Program-made: the position numbers and the translations under genes | Assembly: GCA_022446905.1 (NCBI GenBank) | Contig: JAKVBT010000008.1 | Span: 94,748 to 158,747 of the forward strand | Direction: 5' to 3' | DNA length: 64,000 bases | Origin: Phycisphaerales bacterium | GTDB lineage: Bacteria; Planctomycetota; Phycisphaerae; Phycisphaerales; SM1A02 | In this document: in pieces, positions 62,814 through 64,000 of the stretch | How positions within the stretch are numbered: position 1 is the stretch's first letter | Layout of the letters: the number at the start of each line of letters is the position of its first letter | The notes under the pieces: model-generated | What the model saw: only the letters and a program-made list of their open reading frames with translations | The model's database searches: none | What the model was told of the DNA's origin: nothing

Positions 62814-63773
62814 TCAGCCAGCCATTTGAATCAGACGTTCTGGAGTTAAATCGAGTCTGGCCCGAAGACGACTGAGTATTGACTCCAGCCGTTGTGAGAT
62901 CCGCGACTCGCTGCAGCCCAGTGCAGCACCCACCTCTCGCATGGTGAGCGACTCGTAGTAGTACAAAGTCACAATCATTTGATCGACAGGCTCAAGATCC
63001 TTGATGACCCAGCGGCGAAGATCGTGCCGTACGAGGCCAACTGTGGGGCCTTGCCCGCTTCGAGCCGGCAGGCTGACTTCATCATCCTGCCCATCACTAT
63101 TGACCGCATTAGTCGTCAATAGGACAGGGGGTCGGTCTTCATTGACGACTCGATTGAACTCATCACCCTCCAGTCCAAGTGCTTCCTGGAGTTCATGGCG
63201 ATCAGGCAAACGGCCATGCATGACCTGAAATCGACGCATCACCTCATCCACCAATCGGGCTCGCTGTCGCATGAGTCGTGGTGCCGGATCCTGAGATCGC
63301 AGCCAATCCCGCATCGCCCCATTAATGCGACGGGAACTGAAGGTCTCAAACCGAATACCCCGATCGGGATCAAACCGTTCAATGGCCTCAATGAGTCCTA
63401 GGTAGCCCTGCTGAATAAGATCATCGACATCAATATGAGAAGGCAGGCTTGCTCGGAGCCGCTCGGCAATAATCCGCACGTGGGACTTCATGTAGTGCAT
63501 CACAAGCGCCTCATGGGCTCGTTCGCACCGATGCTCCAACCAAGCCGACCACCAAATGGCCACATCTTCTCCCCGACTGCTTCCTGACCGGGGTGGGGTG
63601 GAACTGCCAATAGGCTGTGCAAGAAAGTTCGGTGGATGTCGGCGCGAAACCGTGTCAGGTATGTCTACCTGGTGTGCGTGGGTGTGCATGAGACCGTCCC
63701 TGGTCGGCTTGAGTTCCTTCTCCAGTTGCCCCGACGTCCATGGCGGGGCCCATCCACCAACATCGACCGCCAA
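62814..63773 (-). CDS. fliA: FliA/WhiG-family (sigma-28-like) RNA polymerase sigma factor
   Basis: GYLGLIEAIERFDPDRGIRFETFSSRRINGAMRDWLR and LYYYESLTMREVGAALGCSESRISQ. The start is uncertain (M1 or M29). Confidence 0.8.
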   Translation of the reverse strand: MAVDVGGWAPPWTSGQLEKELKPTRDGLMHTHAHQVDIPDTVSRRHPPNFLAQPIGSSTPPRSGSSRGEDVAIWWSAWLEHRCERAHEALVMHYMKSHVRIIAERLRASLPSHIDVDDLIQQGYLGLIEAIERFDPDRGIRFETFSSRRINGAMRDWLRSQDPAPRLMRQRARLVDEVMRRFQVMHGRLPDRHELQEALGLEGDEFNRVVNEDRPPVLLTTNAVNSDGQDDEVSLPARSGQGPTVGLVRHDLRRWVIKDLEPVDQMIVTLYYYESLTMREVGAALGCSESRISQRLESILSRLRARLDLTPERLIQMAG

Positions 63774-63839
63774 GGGTCAGCATGCTGAGGCTGTCAGGAT
63801 GATTCAGTAAAAGGTTGTGGTGGCTGAGAGAGACCACCT

Positions 63840-63867
63840 ATTCTCGGACACGACTCCGTCCGAGAAT
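63840..63867 (-). terminator. inverted repeat / possible terminator hairpin after the partial upstream CDS
   Basis: 10-bp stem ATTCTCGGAC / GTCCGAGAAT with an 8-nt loop, 8 nt past the stop at 63875-63877. A second short hairpin, GGTGG-N10-CCACC, follows. There is no clean U-tract, so the call is tentative. Confidence 0.4.
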
Positions 63868-63874
63868 GCTTACT

Positions 63875-64000
63875 TCAACCCAAAAGAGGAATGATGTAAC
63901 TGACAAATAAGCCCAGGAAGATGGCCGTCAGCACAATCCCGCAGACGACCTGAAGGCTCATGATGGCCACCTCTCGGCCCCAAGGCCCACGCTCAGGGAT
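63875..64000 (-). CDS. C-terminal end of a CDS entering from the right edge (or a small membrane peptide)
   Basis: My own translation gives ...IPERGPWGREVAIMSLQVVCGIVLTAIFLGLFVSYIIPLLG*. The frame is open to the window edge and ends in one TM helix. Confidence 0.3.
   Translation of the reverse strand: MPERGPWGREVAIMSLQVVCGIVLTAIFLGLFVSYIIPLLG

Overview
Gene-dense 64-kb chromosomal window, moderately GC-rich by eye (not computed). About 60 credible CDS and one tRNA, tRNA-Leu(UAG). I saw no rRNA, CRISPR array, transposase, integrase or prophage genes. The gene content suggests a Planctomycetota, possibly Phycisphaerae-like, genome; this is inference only. The pointers are an LpxC-FabZ fusion inside a bamA-skp-skp-lpxD-lpxC/fabZ-lpxA block, tandem clpP1-clpP2, a class II DAHP synthase, a eukaryote-type UDP-GlcNAc pyrophosphorylase, a giant FG-GAP/lectin/lamin-tail/dockerin-like surface protein, prepilin-like genes, and very frequent ATGA stop/start coupling. 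Most of the window is housekeeping: moaA, dut, truA, phoU, pdxJ, glmM-like, queD, the lpx genes, gcvT, two sigma factors, aroH-type DAHPS, fabF, holA, clpP, metG and psd. Candidates for new biology, best first: (1) An operon at 34066-38828 whose first gene has a TonB-type N-terminus (SxxxH membrane anchor plus Pro-rich spacer) fused to a VWA/MIDAS domain instead of a TonB C-terminal domain. It is translationally coupled to ExbB, two ExbD paralogs and a 687-aa helical-repeat protein. (2) A minimal pilus/T2SS-like operon at 16248-21983 with a PilT-type rather than GspE-type ATPase, a PilC/GspF platform, two pseudopilins and a 783-aa GspK-like giant pseudopilin carrying beta-helix and Ca-binding repeats. 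(3) An ATGA-coupled pair of a His-His-deficient ketosynthase-like protein and a canonical FabF at 41242-43805. (4) An orphan FHA-domain histidine kinase at 49169-50593. (5) A candidate small RNA at about 4040-4345 with a tandemly repeated CU-rich (anti-Shine-Dalgarno-like) tract and a perfect 14-bp terminator, inside an unusually long stretch of about 1.1 kb with no credible ORF. All functional calls come from by-eye motif recognition, and no database search was possible.
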